A DNA stretch of 64,000 nucleotides from a bacterium (GTDB taxonomy: Bacteria; Electryoneota; Electryoneia; Electryoneales; Electryoneaceae), in contig CAXXKJ010000002.1 of NCBI GenBank assembly GCA_963675295.2, forward strand, positions 3,904,001-3,968,000. Reading direction: 5' to 3'. Under the pieces are notes generated by a model. That model searched no databases and had not been told where the DNA came from. It saw nothing but the letters and a program-made list of their open reading frames with translations. Of the stretch, positions 9,643-19,491 are shown in pieces. The position numbers were made by a program, and so were the translations under genes. The first letter of the stretch is position 1; every line of letters starts with the position of its first letter.

Positions 9643-11193
9643 TCAGACTGTCATGTTCCGGAAACGTATGCGGCGCCGCATTCGAGTCAACACCCAGCGG
9701 TCATCATCATCCAATCCCTGCGCGGACAACGCGACAATGTACACCAGCACAATCAACGAAGTGCTGATCAGCAATTCAATAAAAGAACTCTGGATTGGCA
9801 ACAGTTTGAGGCCAATGGGCAGTACGCTTGCCGCCAGCGAGGCCAACAGCCCCTTGGCGAAGCGGCGGTCGTAGGGCCAGACGCCGACGTATTTACGCGC
9901 CATGAAGACGCCGATGATAAACATCGTGGCAACGGACACCGAGGTCGCGACGGCAGCGCCCTGCAGGCCCCATTTCGGGATCAGCAGGATATTGCCGAAG
10001 ATGTTGACGGCGAACATGATCATCGACGTCATCATCCACAGCTTCTGCTGCCCACCCATCATCAGGACCAGACCCACCGATCCGGTTCCGATGTTGACCA
10101 GCTGTCCCGCCGCGAGCAGCACCAGCGGTGCCCCGCCGCGCGCGTAGGGTGAACCAAAGATGGTACCCAGTATGGTATCGGCATTGAACAGGATCACGAG
10201 GAACAGCGGGAGGGCAACGTACAGCCCCCACTTGGTGTTCGCACGGTAAATCCCGTTCAGGTTTTCCTTGTCGTTCTTGGCGTGCAGGTCCGCCGCTAAC
10301 ACCGCGAAGATGCCGTGGAACATGCTCGCCAGCACCATGAACAGCGTCGAAATCTTGGACGCTGCCTGGTAGACGCCGACGCTCGCCGCCGCCATGAAAT
10401 AGCCAATCATCAGCCGGTCGACCCAACTGTTCGTCTTCGCGAACACGGCGGCCATCGATGTCGGGAAGGAGTAGCGCAGGATCTGCCACGCCAACGGCAG
10501 GTTGACCAGCTTGCCGTTCCCGGTGAACGCGTACAGCTTCAGGCTGAACGCGACCCCGGCGAGGAAGCCGATACCGTACGACGCACCCAGCGCCATCAGG
10601 GCGCCTTCGATGGTCATGCCCATGCCGGCAATGAACAGGAGAGTCAGGCCAAACTGGCTGAGCGGCTGCAGGATCTGTTCGCACAGCACGGCGTAGGTCA
10701 TCTTCTTCGAGATGCGAGTGATGGCGACGATCACGTGCATCCCGGACAGCACCGGTACCATCACCGCCAGCATGCGCAGTGCGTTTTCGAGTTCTGCCTT
10801 ATGGAACACCGACAGGGCGAGCCACGATGAGCTGAAGTACAGCGCGGCGCTGAACGCGAGCGCGATCACTGTGTGGATCGCCACCGATTGGATCAGCACC
10901 GAGCTGAGGCTGGTGTCCTGGCGGTTGAGCGCTTCGGTGCCGTATTTGATCACACCCTTGTCGAGGCCGACCTGGGCAAACAGCGCAATGAACTGCGAGA
11001 TGGTCCACGCGAGGACGAAAATGCCGTATTCAGCTGGGGTAAGAAGACGGGTGAGGACGGCGTGGGTCAACAATTGCAGCACCACACTGATGCCGCGGCC
11101 GACCATGGTGATGCCGGACTCCTTGGCGAGCACCACGAGGAGCTGGTTCAGTTTACCCTGTTTTTGAGACGCTGCGCTCACGAAATCTTCCAA
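9643..11193 (-). CDS. wzx: Wzx flippase (MOP/PST family)
   Basis: Polytopic membrane protein; TRLLTPAEYG, DRLMIG, VGVYQAA and LIPKWGLQGAAVAT motifs. Confidence 0.9.
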   Translation of the reverse strand: MEDFVSAASQKQGKLNQLLVVLAKESGITMVGRGISVVLQLLTHAVLTRLLTPAEYGIFVLAWTISQFIALFAQVGLDKGVIKYGTEALNRQDTSLSSVLIQSVAIHTVIALAFSAALYFSSSWLALSVFHKAELENALRMLAVMVPVLSGMHVIVAITRISKKMTYAVLCEQILQPLSQFGLTLLFIAGMGMTIEGALMALGASYGIGFLAGVAFSLKLYAFTGNGKLVNLPLAWQILRYSFPTSMAAVFAKTNSWVDRLMIGYFMAAASVGVYQAASKISTLFMVLASMFHGIFAVLAADLHAKNDKENLNGIYRANTKWGLYVALPLFLVILFNADTILGTIFGSPYARGGAPLVLLAAGQLVNIGTGSVGLVLMMGGQQKLWMMTSMIMFAVNIFGNILLIPKWGLQGAAVATSVSVATMFIIGVFMARKYVGVWPYDRRFAKGLLASLAASVLPIGLKLLPIQSSFIELLISTSLIVLVYIVALSAQGLDDDDRWVLTRMRRRIRFRNMTV

Positions 11194-11343
11194 GTTGCTC
11201 GTCGATGTGAAGCGCCAGGGGGATTTTCATTGAACAGACACAACGAAAACGAACGAATTCGGTGATACGTCGCCCTCTCCAGAAACGCGGTAACAAAAGT
11301 GTCGTTCATGCAGCCTGCTCGTGGAAATGGGCGATATACAACA

Positions 11344-11385
11344 CACTCCCACCCGATCCCGTCTGGGGACGCACGGGTGGGAGTG
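11344..11385. terminator. Strong hairpin between wzc and wzx (terminator or mRNA-stabilising stem)
   Basis: 12-bp perfect stem CACTCCCACCCG / CGGGTGGGAGTG. Confidence 0.5.
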
Positions 11386-11406
11386 ATAGAGTCTTGCAAC
11401 TGGCGG

Positions 11407-13632
11407 CTAAGCGGTTTCCTTCTCGCTTCGTGCCTTTTCCGTGTAGTACTTCTTCGCACCGTAGTATTCGTTGAAGAACCGGCCGTAATAGTACTTGCTG
11501 CTCAGCTTGTTGACCTTGATGCCGTTGAAGACGACGCCGAAGAGGCGGCCATCCACCTGGTCTACCTGGGCGATACAGCTGCGCAGGTCGGCCATCGTGT
11601 TCTTCTCCATCAGCGCGACCAGCACCAGACCGTCCGACTTCGAGGTCAGGATCTTGGCGTCGATGGCGACGTGGATCGGCGGCGCGTCAAGGATGACGGT
11701 GTCGTATTCCTGCTTCGCGCGGGCGATGAACCGGTTCATCGACTCGGAGGCGAGCAGGTCGGACGGGCTCGGCGTACGTGAACCGGCCGGTACGACGGTC
11801 AGGTTTTCGTGCATCGTCTTACGGAACACTTCGTCCCATTCGCACTGTCCGACGAGCAGGTCGGACAGGCCCGGGGTACGTTCCACATCGAAGAGGCGGT
11901 GCTGATCCGGGACGCGGAGGTCGCAGTCCACCAGCAGCGTCTTCTTGCCGCCCATGGCGAAGGCCAGCGACAGGTTGCAGCTGGTCAGCGTCTTACCGTC
12001 CGCATGGTCGGCCGACGAAATCGTGAAGCATTCCAGCGGCTTGTCGACGGCGGAGAAGACGAGGCCCGTACGCAGGGAGCGGTAACTCTCGACGGACGGA
12101 TCCTGCGGCTGCATGTACGCGATAATCGGGTACGGCTTGCCGCTGCTACTGATCACCGGCTTGTGACCGTTACCGTGCGTAAACTCAACCTTCTTCGCGT
12201 TGATGAAGGGGATCATGCCGAGCACGCTGACGTTGAGCTCCTTCTGGATCTCGTCGGTGCTCTTGATGGTGTTGTCGAACAGGTCCGCGAGGTACGCACC
12301 GAAGGACGCGACCATCAGCGCGACCATCACGCTCATGATCAGGCGAAGCATCGTCTGCGGGTCTTCCGGCTGTTCCGGGATATACGGCGGGTCGATCACC
12401 TTGACGCCGCCGGTTTCGGAGGCGGCCTGGACGCGAGTTTCCTCGCGTTTGGTCATCATCAGGTCGTACGTCTGCTGCAGCACGGCACGCGAACGCTGCA
12501 TGCGGGAATACTCGAGGGCTGATTCGAGCAGGTCCGGATGCTGGCGCTGGTAGTCTTTGATCTGCGCGTTGACGTAATCAATCTTGTTGCGCAGGTTGGC
12601 GAGCTGCACTTCCGCTTCGGTGAGGCGGGTAATGACCGACGCCAGCTTGGCCCCGCGTTCCGCCTTGAGGCTGGAGCTTCCGGCGTTGGATGTCATCGCC
12701 GTGACGAGATTCTGCTGCGCGACGTCGATCTGGTTCAAGATCGATTCGCGTTCCGGGCTGTCTTCCGGGAGCTGCACAAGGCGTGCTTCCAGATTCTGCA
12801 GGTCCAGGCGAATCTGCTTGACCAGCGGGTTGTCCATCCCGCCGAGCTCAGCGGCTGAACTCTCGGTCAGGTTGCGGTATTCTTCGCTGTAGGTCTTGTG
12901 GTTCAGCTCAGTCAATGACAGCTGGACCTCAGCCTCGGCCAGTTCATCCTGTAAAGCATAGAGACGTGAGTAAACGCTGCTTTCGAGCAGGTTGCCGGGA
13001 GTGATCTGGTTCTTTTCCTCGAACTGTTTCACTTCCCGTTCAACGATCTCCATCTCTTCGCTGAGCAGCGCAAGCTGTTGGTCGAGGAAGACAATGGTAT
13101 TGTTCAACTCCTGGACCTGCAAGCTGGCCGATCGTGCCTGGAACACGTCCACAGCGTGCTTTACCAGTGCGTAGGCGGCAGTCGGGTCGGACAACTCGGC
13201 GGTGATATCGAGGAAGGATCCGTTCTTCTGGATGTTAAAATCAACGGCCTTGTTGACTTCCTTCTCGATGGTTGGTTTTGCTACCGGCTCATAGCCAGCC
13301 GCATCCAGCGATTCTTCGAGCTGTCGCAGGAAGAATTCACTATGGATGATGGAGTTGAAGTAGTCCTGGGGGACTACGGTGCTCATCCCGGGAATCAACG
13401 TGCTCGTGGCCATGGCCTGCGGGCTCGTCTGCACACCGAACATCAGCGTGGCCTTGGAGATGTACACCGGGGGCAGGCGCAGGACGATAAACACGCCCGC
13501 GGCCAGCGTCACGACAAAGAACACGACGAACAGGACGAGGTGCTTGAGCAGCGCCCCCATTACCCGTTCGTAAATGTCACGCGCGCTGAGCGACTCAGCC
13601 TGCTGGAACAGATCGGTACTCTTGGTATTCAA
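11407..13632 (-). CDS. wzc: Wzc polysaccharide co-polymerase / BY-kinase
   Basis: Two transmembrane helices flank a coiled coil; ESYRSLRT, Walker A ADHADGKT, A' LVDCDLR, B ILDAPP, and a C-terminal Tyr cluster YYYGRFFNEYYGAKKYY. Confidence 0.93.
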   Translation of the reverse strand: MNTKSTDLFQQAESLSARDIYERVMGALLKHLVLFVVFFVVTLAAGVFIVLRLPPVYISKATLMFGVQTSPQAMATSTLIPGMSTVVPQDYFNSIIHSEFFLRQLEESLDAAGYEPVAKPTIEKEVNKAVDFNIQKNGSFLDITAELSDPTAAYALVKHAVDVFQARSASLQVQELNNTIVFLDQQLALLSEEMEIVEREVKQFEEKNQITPGNLLESSVYSRLYALQDELAEAEVQLSLTELNHKTYSEEYRNLTESSAAELGGMDNPLVKQIRLDLQNLEARLVQLPEDSPERESILNQIDVAQQNLVTAMTSNAGSSSLKAERGAKLASVITRLTEAEVQLANLRNKIDYVNAQIKDYQRQHPDLLESALEYSRMQRSRAVLQQTYDLMMTKREETRVQAASETGGVKVIDPPYIPEQPEDPQTMLRLIMSVMVALMVASFGAYLADLFDNTIKSTDEIQKELNVSVLGMIPFINAKKVEFTHGNGHKPVISSSGKPYPIIAYMQPQDPSVESYRSLRTGLVFSAVDKPLECFTISSADHADGKTLTSCNLSLAFAMGGKKTLLVDCDLRVPDQHRLFDVERTPGLSDLLVGQCEWDEVFRKTMHENLTVVPAGSRTPSPSDLLASESMNRFIARAKQEYDTVILDAPPIHVAIDAKILTSKSDGLVLVALMEKNTMADLRSCIAQVDQVDGRLFGVVFNGIKVNKLSSKYYYGRFFNEYYGAKKYYTEKARSEKETA

Positions 13633-13766
13633 CAGTCAGCCCACTCGTTTGGAACCGTCATCTGGACAGGATCACCGCAGCCGGTTTTCCCATCAACTCG
13701 ATCACGACATTCTCGTGATCTTCCGCAACCCGGACGTTGTCGTCCGACGGTAACGGAAGACTACCC

Positions 13767-14783
13767 TCAATTGTTGTCCAGCCGGTCGATACGCAGGTAG
13801 ATCAGGTATGCGCTGGCGATGACGCTGACGTCACGCAGCATTTGAAGCATCCTGTCCCACGTAAAGAACGGATCGTACAGGGAAACGATGATCACATCGC
13901 CGCCGCTGACCGGCGGGATCTGCGCGATCTGCGCTTCCTCGATAATTTCATCCAGGTCCAGTTCCGTCTCCCGGTATACGCCCGGCGACGTCATGAACAG
14001 GTGCTTGATGTTCGACCTGTCGGCATCGGGACGGAACCCGCCGGCGAGCAGCACCATGTTGAGCACGTTCGAATCGGCGTAGGGGACGTAGTTTCCCGGT
14101 TTGTTAACCCAACCTACAACCATCACCGACGAGTTGTTGGTGATCGAGGGCACAATAATGATGTCATCTTCCTGGAGCTTCGGCAGATCTTTCAGATCAC
14201 CACTTGCGAGAAACTCGCGGAGGTTGGCGTCAATGCGCTTCCACTCGGTTTCGCCGCTGGCGCTGGTTCCGGTGGGCCGCAGGATGTGTACCCCGCTCGG
14301 ATCGGCGTGATCCGCTGGACCGCCGGCGAGAGAAATTGCCGATTGCACGTCCGTGTTCACCGGAATCTGCACGAGGCCCGGCTGGCGGACCTGTCCGAGT
14401 ACCTGCACCTTGATGGTGTAGTTCTCCGGGATTTCGACCACTACGACGGGGTTATCCATGTATCGTCGCAGAATGGTGACCAGCAAGGTCTGCATCTCGG
14501 TGGTCGTCATGCCGACAACCGGGATTTCAGTGATGTACGGGTACGGCACGGTGCCGTCATCCCGGACTTTGAGCAACCGGTTGAATTCAGGAGCTCCCAG
14601 CACACTGATCTGCAGGTGATCTCCGACATCGATGGTGCGCGCGGCTCGCGCATCCGGAATCAGGGTTAACGCCATGACCAAGGCCAGGAACAGCACGGCC
14701 ATGACCCGTTTTGCAGGCGCCCCAGACAATCCTCTACCCCTCGTCAATCTCAGCTCCTGTTCATGCGGTCCGTGTAAGCTCAA
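13767..14783 (-). CDS. wza: Wza/OPX polysaccharide export protein (Poly_export + SLBB)
   Basis: GDHLQISV, VRDDGTVPYPYI, VQVLGQVRQPG, GWVNKPGNY and GDVIIV motifs; amphipathic C-terminal helix. True start uncertain (possibly about 14703). Confidence 0.88.
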   Translation of the reverse strand: MSLHGPHEQELRLTRGRGLSGAPAKRVMAVLFLALVMALTLIPDARAARTIDVGDHLQISVLGAPEFNRLLKVRDDGTVPYPYITEIPVVGMTTTEMQTLLVTILRRYMDNPVVVVEIPENYTIKVQVLGQVRQPGLVQIPVNTDVQSAISLAGGPADHADPSGVHILRPTGTSASGETEWKRIDANLREFLASGDLKDLPKLQEDDIIIVPSITNNSSVMVVGWVNKPGNYVPYADSNVLNMVLLAGGFRPDADRSNIKHLFMTSPGVYRETELDLDEIIEEAQIAQIPPVSGGDVIIVSLYDPFFTWDRMLQMLRDVSVIASAYLIYLRIDRLDNN

Positions 14784-14891
14784 CGGATCCGCGGTTTCTG
14801 CGCCCTGGTTTCGCAGGATGTCCGGCCATGTTAGCGCAGAAATCGCACATCCTTATAAAGTGTCGAAAAAGCTCCGAATCTCCAAAAGGAA

Positions 14892-16580
14892 TCAGAGATT
14901 ATAGGTAAAACCAGCCAGGAACAAGGCGAGAGTTTCGTTTTCCACCCGCGTGAGCCCGGCTCGTGTTTGTAACACCAGATTTTCCAATGGTTCCCACTCA
15001 ACCGCCACCTCTCCCCGCCAAGCCGTTGTCTCATCTCCGGCAAGGAGTGGATAGCTTGTGTCGCGTGCCCGTACCGGCACCAGCTCGTAGATGTTGCCGC
15101 CGACCGGATCTTCACCCGGAATTGACTCACCGTGACGCAGCCGTTGCCCCATGGCGGTGACCTGCCATGTTCCGCCGAATTTCTGGTTGAAACTCAGTGT
15201 CAGGGCGTCGCTGTTCGGTGGAATCGGCGATCCGAGCGCAGTTCCATTGTGGGCGTAAACACTCACTGCAAACCAGTGGGAATACACATACGGCCTAAGT
15301 CGAGTAAGGTGCAGTTGCAGCATGCTTCCGCGCAACCCCACTGGCTCGATAACGTCCATCCCCAGCGCAAAAGCCGTACGGTTATGCAACTGGTTGGTAA
15401 ACAGGCCACTCATCGAGGTCTCGTCCAGCAATCCCTCGAAATAGAAAGCCCATCCACGCAGAGGCTGCACCCGCAAATCCACACCCCAGGCGACGTTGTC
15501 ATCCCGATCCTGATGGTGGTTTTCCGACCAGAAGATGTTCAACGGAATCATGTAACCGATTTCCGGGTCCCGTTCCGCGTAAATCACCGTCTCGCTGAGC
15601 CCGACCTGCAGCCAGGGCCTGGGATTGACTTCAAGCCGGTGCGCCGCGAACCACTTCTGATTCACCACCTTGCGCCGTTTGCCACTCGGTGAAACGTAGT
15701 AGATCTCATCTTCGACCGGATACGGATCCAGCCGGGCATGAAAGTAATCAAACACAAGCCATGGTTTCACCTGCGCTCTCAGTTGCAGGTAGAGGTACGC
15801 CGGCGCTTCTCCGGAGACGATCAGTCCACGATCCAGCGACGGGCCGCGTTCCATCCGGTCCCGTCCGACGCCAACGTCCACAAACTCGCTGTGGTATTCG
15901 AGGTACGCCAGGGTCTCATCGAACGATGAGGATGCCCCGGCCGGCGACACCGAGGCGACGTACCCCGGAGTCGGGCTGTAAGCTCCGCGTGCTTTGTTTT
16001 GATTGTATTCGGCGGTGTCGGTAAAACGCACTCCGGCGGTCCACGAGTTGCCGAGTGCCGCCTGCACGTCGATACCGATCACCGAGCGCAGCAACGGATC
16101 GTCGTTGTAGTCCTCGTCGTAGATGCCGTGCCAGGCGATGATCGGGTCGACGGTGAAGCTGAGCTCATCCTTCCGCATGCCGTAGAGGTGTGCGCCGTGC
16201 TTGAACAGTGGCGATCCAGAGGGGATGACGTTGTCCCAGCGGGTTTGGTCCGGCACCAGGGACTCGTTCTGGCCGTACACGGCGATCTCGCTCAGTAACT
16301 CGTCGAGTTCCGCCTGTTCGCTGGGTGGCAGTTTATCGCGGTTGGTGTTACACTCCCGCAGTCGTTCGATCAAAACCGGCAGGGATTCGGGACGAACCGT
16401 GGGTGGTGGTTGTTCGGTGACGCCGTAGAGCCAGGCTCGGTTGAGGAACTCGTACACGGAATGATCAGCGTACAATCCGGCTTGCGCGGGGACATTCAGC
16501 GCAACGAGAGAGCACGCGAGCAGGATCGCGGACACAAAAAGCCGCTGGATCTGGATCATTCTCTTCGTATGATTCGGCAC
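14892..16580 (-). CDS. wzi: Wzi-like capsule-assembly outer-membrane beta-barrel
   Basis: Signal peptide; GRDRMERGP, AAHRLE, GLSETVIY and LGSPIPPNSD motifs; beta-signal end GFTYNL; first gene of the capsule operon. Confidence 0.75.
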   Translation of the reverse strand: MPNHTKRMIQIQRLFVSAILLACSLVALNVPAQAGLYADHSVYEFLNRAWLYGVTEQPPPTVRPESLPVLIERLRECNTNRDKLPPSEQAELDELLSEIAVYGQNESLVPDQTRWDNVIPSGSPLFKHGAHLYGMRKDELSFTVDPIIAWHGIYDEDYNDDPLLRSVIGIDVQAALGNSWTAGVRFTDTAEYNQNKARGAYSPTPGYVASVSPAGASSSFDETLAYLEYHSEFVDVGVGRDRMERGPSLDRGLIVSGEAPAYLYLQLRAQVKPWLVFDYFHARLDPYPVEDEIYYVSPSGKRRKVVNQKWFAAHRLEVNPRPWLQVGLSETVIYAERDPEIGYMIPLNIFWSENHHQDRDDNVAWGVDLRVQPLRGWAFYFEGLLDETSMSGLFTNQLHNRTAFALGMDVIEPVGLRGSMLQLHLTRLRPYVYSHWFAVSVYAHNGTALGSPIPPNSDALTLSFNQKFGGTWQVTAMGQRLRHGESIPGEDPVGGNIYELVPVRARDTSYPLLAGDETTAWRGEVAVEWEPLENLVLQTRAGLTRVENETLALFLAGFTYNL

Positions 16581-16952
16581 GCCTTACTCGCGGTTTGGTG
16601 ACCGTATTCGACTCAGCCCTTTGTACTTCATTCAAGGTAGCTTACGCAAGCTTTGAGCCGCGAGTGATGGGAGTCACCACATTCGTGATTCCTTTATAAC
16701 ATGTTATCGCCATCTGGCACATGCAAGCGAAATTCGTACGGAGGCGAAATACCTAAATCTGATATCCTCTGGAGCCGTCTCAAGTGCATGACGCTGAAAT
16801 CAGAGGGGTTACCCGCGGAACGTCTAACAATAAAATGACAAAATTAGTGATATTCAGCTTGCACGTAATAGTTAGCGTGCGCTAGTTTGCAGAGTTGCTT
16901 TCTCGGCGCGGTGTACCCAACGTTCATGAAACGGTGACAAAGGGAATATAGT

Positions 16953-17732
16953 TTGCGGGCAGCCGATTCGATAAAGCTGTTGGGTGTAAAGGTCAGCAGC
17001 GTATCGCTGGATCAAGCTGTAGGTGTGATCGAGCAATGGATCCGGAAATCAGAAGCGAATTATGTCACCTGCACCGGCATGCACGGTGTGATGGAGAGCC
17101 AGGCAGATGAGGCGATCCGTCAAATTCACAACAAGGCGGGAATGGTTGTCCCCGACGGCATGCCGCTGGTGTGGATGAATCATTATCATGGCCGCCGCCA
17201 CGTGACCCGTTGTTACGGTCCGGATTTGTTCCTGGCGGTGCTTCAGCGCAGTGTGGAGAATGATGCGGGTTTCAAGCACTTCTTCTACGGTGGCGCTGAG
17301 GGTGTGCCGGAGATGTTGGCAGAGCGAATGCGTGAGAAATTTCCCGCTCTGCAGGTTGCAGGTACCTGGTCTCCTCCGTTCCGTCCATTGACGCCGGAAG
17401 AAGATGAACAGGTAGTGAAGATGATCCGCGATTCAGGTGCGGACATCGTGTGGATTGGCCTGAGCACACCGAAACAGGAGCGGTGGATGGCTGACCACGT
17501 GGAGAAGTTGGGCCGGCCCGTGCTGATCGGGGTTGGCGCAGCGTTTGATTTTTATACCGGGAGAGTGACCCAGGCCCCGCGTTGGATTCAGCGGAGCGGG
17601 TTGGAGTGGTTCTTCCGGATGGTGATGGAGCCACGGCGCTTATGGAAACGGTACTTAAAGAACGTCCCGTTATTCCTGATACTGGTCATTCGGGAAATGG
17701 CCACAGGAAAACGCCAGTACCCCCACCGGTGA
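16953..17732 (+). CDS. WecG/TagA/CpsF family glycosyltransferase (GT26)
   Basis: Motifs VPDGMPLVW, GPDLF, IGLSTPKQE, GVGAAFDF and GLEWFFR..EPRRLWKRY. Confidence 0.93.
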   Translation: MRAADSIKLLGVKVSSVSLDQAVGVIEQWIRKSEANYVTCTGMHGVMESQADEAIRQIHNKAGMVVPDGMPLVWMNHYHGRRHVTRCYGPDLFLAVLQRSVENDAGFKHFFYGGAEGVPEMLAERMREKFPALQVAGTWSPPFRPLTPEEDEQVVKMIRDSGADIVWIGLSTPKQERWMADHVEKLGRPVLIGVGAAFDFYTGRVTQAPRWIQRSGLEWFFRMVMEPRRLWKRYLKNVPLFLILVIREMATGKRQYPHR

Positions 17733-19180
17733 TCAAGCGGCAGACGGCATCGAGTTCCTCGCGGAATTTCATGCGGATTCTGTTGGTTGTTATCGACATG
17801 GTTACGGTCTATGCAGGGATCGTCCTCTCCCTCTACGTTGCCCGATTGCTGAACTTGTTTGACGCCGGCATTCCGGTCAAGGATCTGGCTGAAGGTGTGT
17901 TGCGTCCTATTCCCAGGGACCATGTTCTCGTCTACGGGGCGATTTCGTCCGTGCTCGCGGTCATCATCATGTGGTGGCAGGGCACGTACAACCCCAGTCT
18001 TAATCACATGAAGCTGGACGGTGACCGTCGTTTCATCCGTTCGTTGACGATGGTCATGCTGGTAACCTTCCCGCCGTTCCTGTATGTGCAGAACCAGTTT
18101 GACACGCGTGGGATGCTGACCGCCGCGATTGTGGTCGTTCCGGTATTGCTGATCCTGCAGAAAACGCTGTCCGTCGCGTTCATTTCGAAGCATTATGACC
18201 GTCCTGTACGCACCCACAAGCTGTTGATTGTCGGCGCGCACAAGGAGGGTCCGTACGTTCTGCGGCAAGCGTTATCCTGCTGGGACCCGGGCTACCTGCC
18301 GGTGGGCTTCCTGTCGAAAGATCCGGTGCAGAACGGGGATTACATCGAAACCGAGAGCCGGGGCCTGGTGGGCTCGGTGCCTGTGCTCGGGGATTACAGC
18401 CAGCTGGAACACTTCATCAAGCGGCACGCGATCGAGGAAGTCTGGATTAACGATCCGGAGATGCCGCAGGATGAGATCGTTGACATTTTGCGGCTATGCG
18501 AGCATCGCGGTGTGGTTACCAGCATGCTGCCGAGTATCGGCCGTATCCCGACGATGTCGGTGACCGCGACCTATGCCGGTGGGCAGGTGTTGCTGCGTGA
18601 ACGCCGGGCGCCGGAACGCATCTACTACGACAAGATGAAGCGCGCGGTGGACTTCATCGCGTCCACCCTGATGCTGATCGGCCTGTCGCCGATTTTGATC
18701 CTGGTCGCAATCTGGGTCAAACTCGACAGCAAGGGGCCGGTGTTCTTCTCGCAGGAACGTGTTGGCAAGAACGGCAAGCCGTTCCGGATGTTCAAGTTCC
18801 GCAGCATGCACGTGAACGCGCCGAAGTATGCTGTCAGTCCGAGCAGCAAGCTCGATCCGCGGATCACACGATCGGGCCGTTTCCTCCGGAAGAGTTCGCT
18901 GGACGAGTTGCCGCAGCTGTTCAACGTGTTCAAGGGCGACATGAGCCTCGTCGGCCCGCGTCCGGAGATGCCATTCATCGTTGACCAGTACACACGGTTC
19001 CAGCGTGCACGGCTGCAGGTGAAGCCGGGCATTACGGGGCTGTGGCAGATCTCGGCGGACCGTTCGATCGCCATCCACGACAACCTGGACTACGACCTGT
19101 ACTACATCCAGAACCGTTCGCTGACAACGGACATGGTGATTCTGTGGCGCACGGTGTGGTTTGCGATTCATGGGATCTAA
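17729..19180 (+). CDS. Priming polyprenyl-phosphate glycosylphosphotransferase (WcaJ/WbaP-like)
   Basis: N-terminal transmembrane helices; KRAVD, KFRSM, SLDELPQLFNVFKGDMSLVGPRP and KPGITGLWQ motifs. The GTG at 17729 overlaps the upstream stop (GTGA). Confidence 0.93.
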   Translation: MIKRQTASSSSRNFMRILLVVIDMVTVYAGIVLSLYVARLLNLFDAGIPVKDLAEGVLRPIPRDHVLVYGAISSVLAVIIMWWQGTYNPSLNHMKLDGDRRFIRSLTMVMLVTFPPFLYVQNQFDTRGMLTAAIVVVPVLLILQKTLSVAFISKHYDRPVRTHKLLIVGAHKEGPYVLRQALSCWDPGYLPVGFLSKDPVQNGDYIETESRGLVGSVPVLGDYSQLEHFIKRHAIEEVWINDPEMPQDEIVDILRLCEHRGVVTSMLPSIGRIPTMSVTATYAGGQVLLRERRAPERIYYDKMKRAVDFIASTLMLIGLSPILILVAIWVKLDSKGPVFFSQERVGKNGKPFRMFKFRSMHVNAPKYAVSPSSKLDPRITRSGRFLRKSSLDELPQLFNVFKGDMSLVGPRPEMPFIVDQYTRFQRARLQVKPGITGLWQISADRSIAIHDNLDYDLYYIQNRSLTTDMVILWRTVWFAIHGI

Positions 19181-19313
19181 TACCAGTCCTGAGTCCTGAG
19201 TCCTGAGAAACACAAATGGCCGCGTCTGTAATCAGACACGGCCATCTTTACTCACTGATCACATCTCGCCCACAGCCTACTGCCCATACCCCCGGCCCTC
19301 AGCCTGGCGCCTG

Positions 19314-19448
19314 GATACGGATCGTCCGCGTTTGCAAGCAAACACGGGCACATCATCTCTCACCGTCCGCTGTCCCAGCCAATAGTCGAGATACGGTTCG
19401 ACCGCGTTTGCAAGCAAACACGGGCACATCATCTCTCACCGTCCGCTG
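19314..19448. repeat. Two near-identical ~59-bp direct repeats (19314-19372 and 19390-19448) containing the family A palindrome
   Basis: GATACGG..CCGCGTTTGCAAGCAAACACGGGCACATCATCTCTCACCGTCCGCTG occurs twice between convergent genes. Confidence 0.8.
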
Positions 19449-19491
19449 CCCACAGACCGCAGCCCACAGCCTACAGCCCATCGCCCACAGC

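Noticed and set aside
11990-12020. Apparently degenerate Wzc Walker A motif
   Set aside because: ADHADGKT fits [AG]x4GK[ST], and the A', B and Tyr-cluster motifs are intact.
16859-16888. Putative promoter TTGCAC-N18-TAGTTT for the tagA-like gene
   Set aside because: The -10 is weak and the spacing suboptimal, so it is not supportable; no clear ops/JUMPstart element was found either.
19314-19448. Possible CRISPR array (also considered for 29789-30008)
   Set aside because: Each has only two units, the repeats are too long, the spacers are only 14-17 nt, and there are no cas genes.
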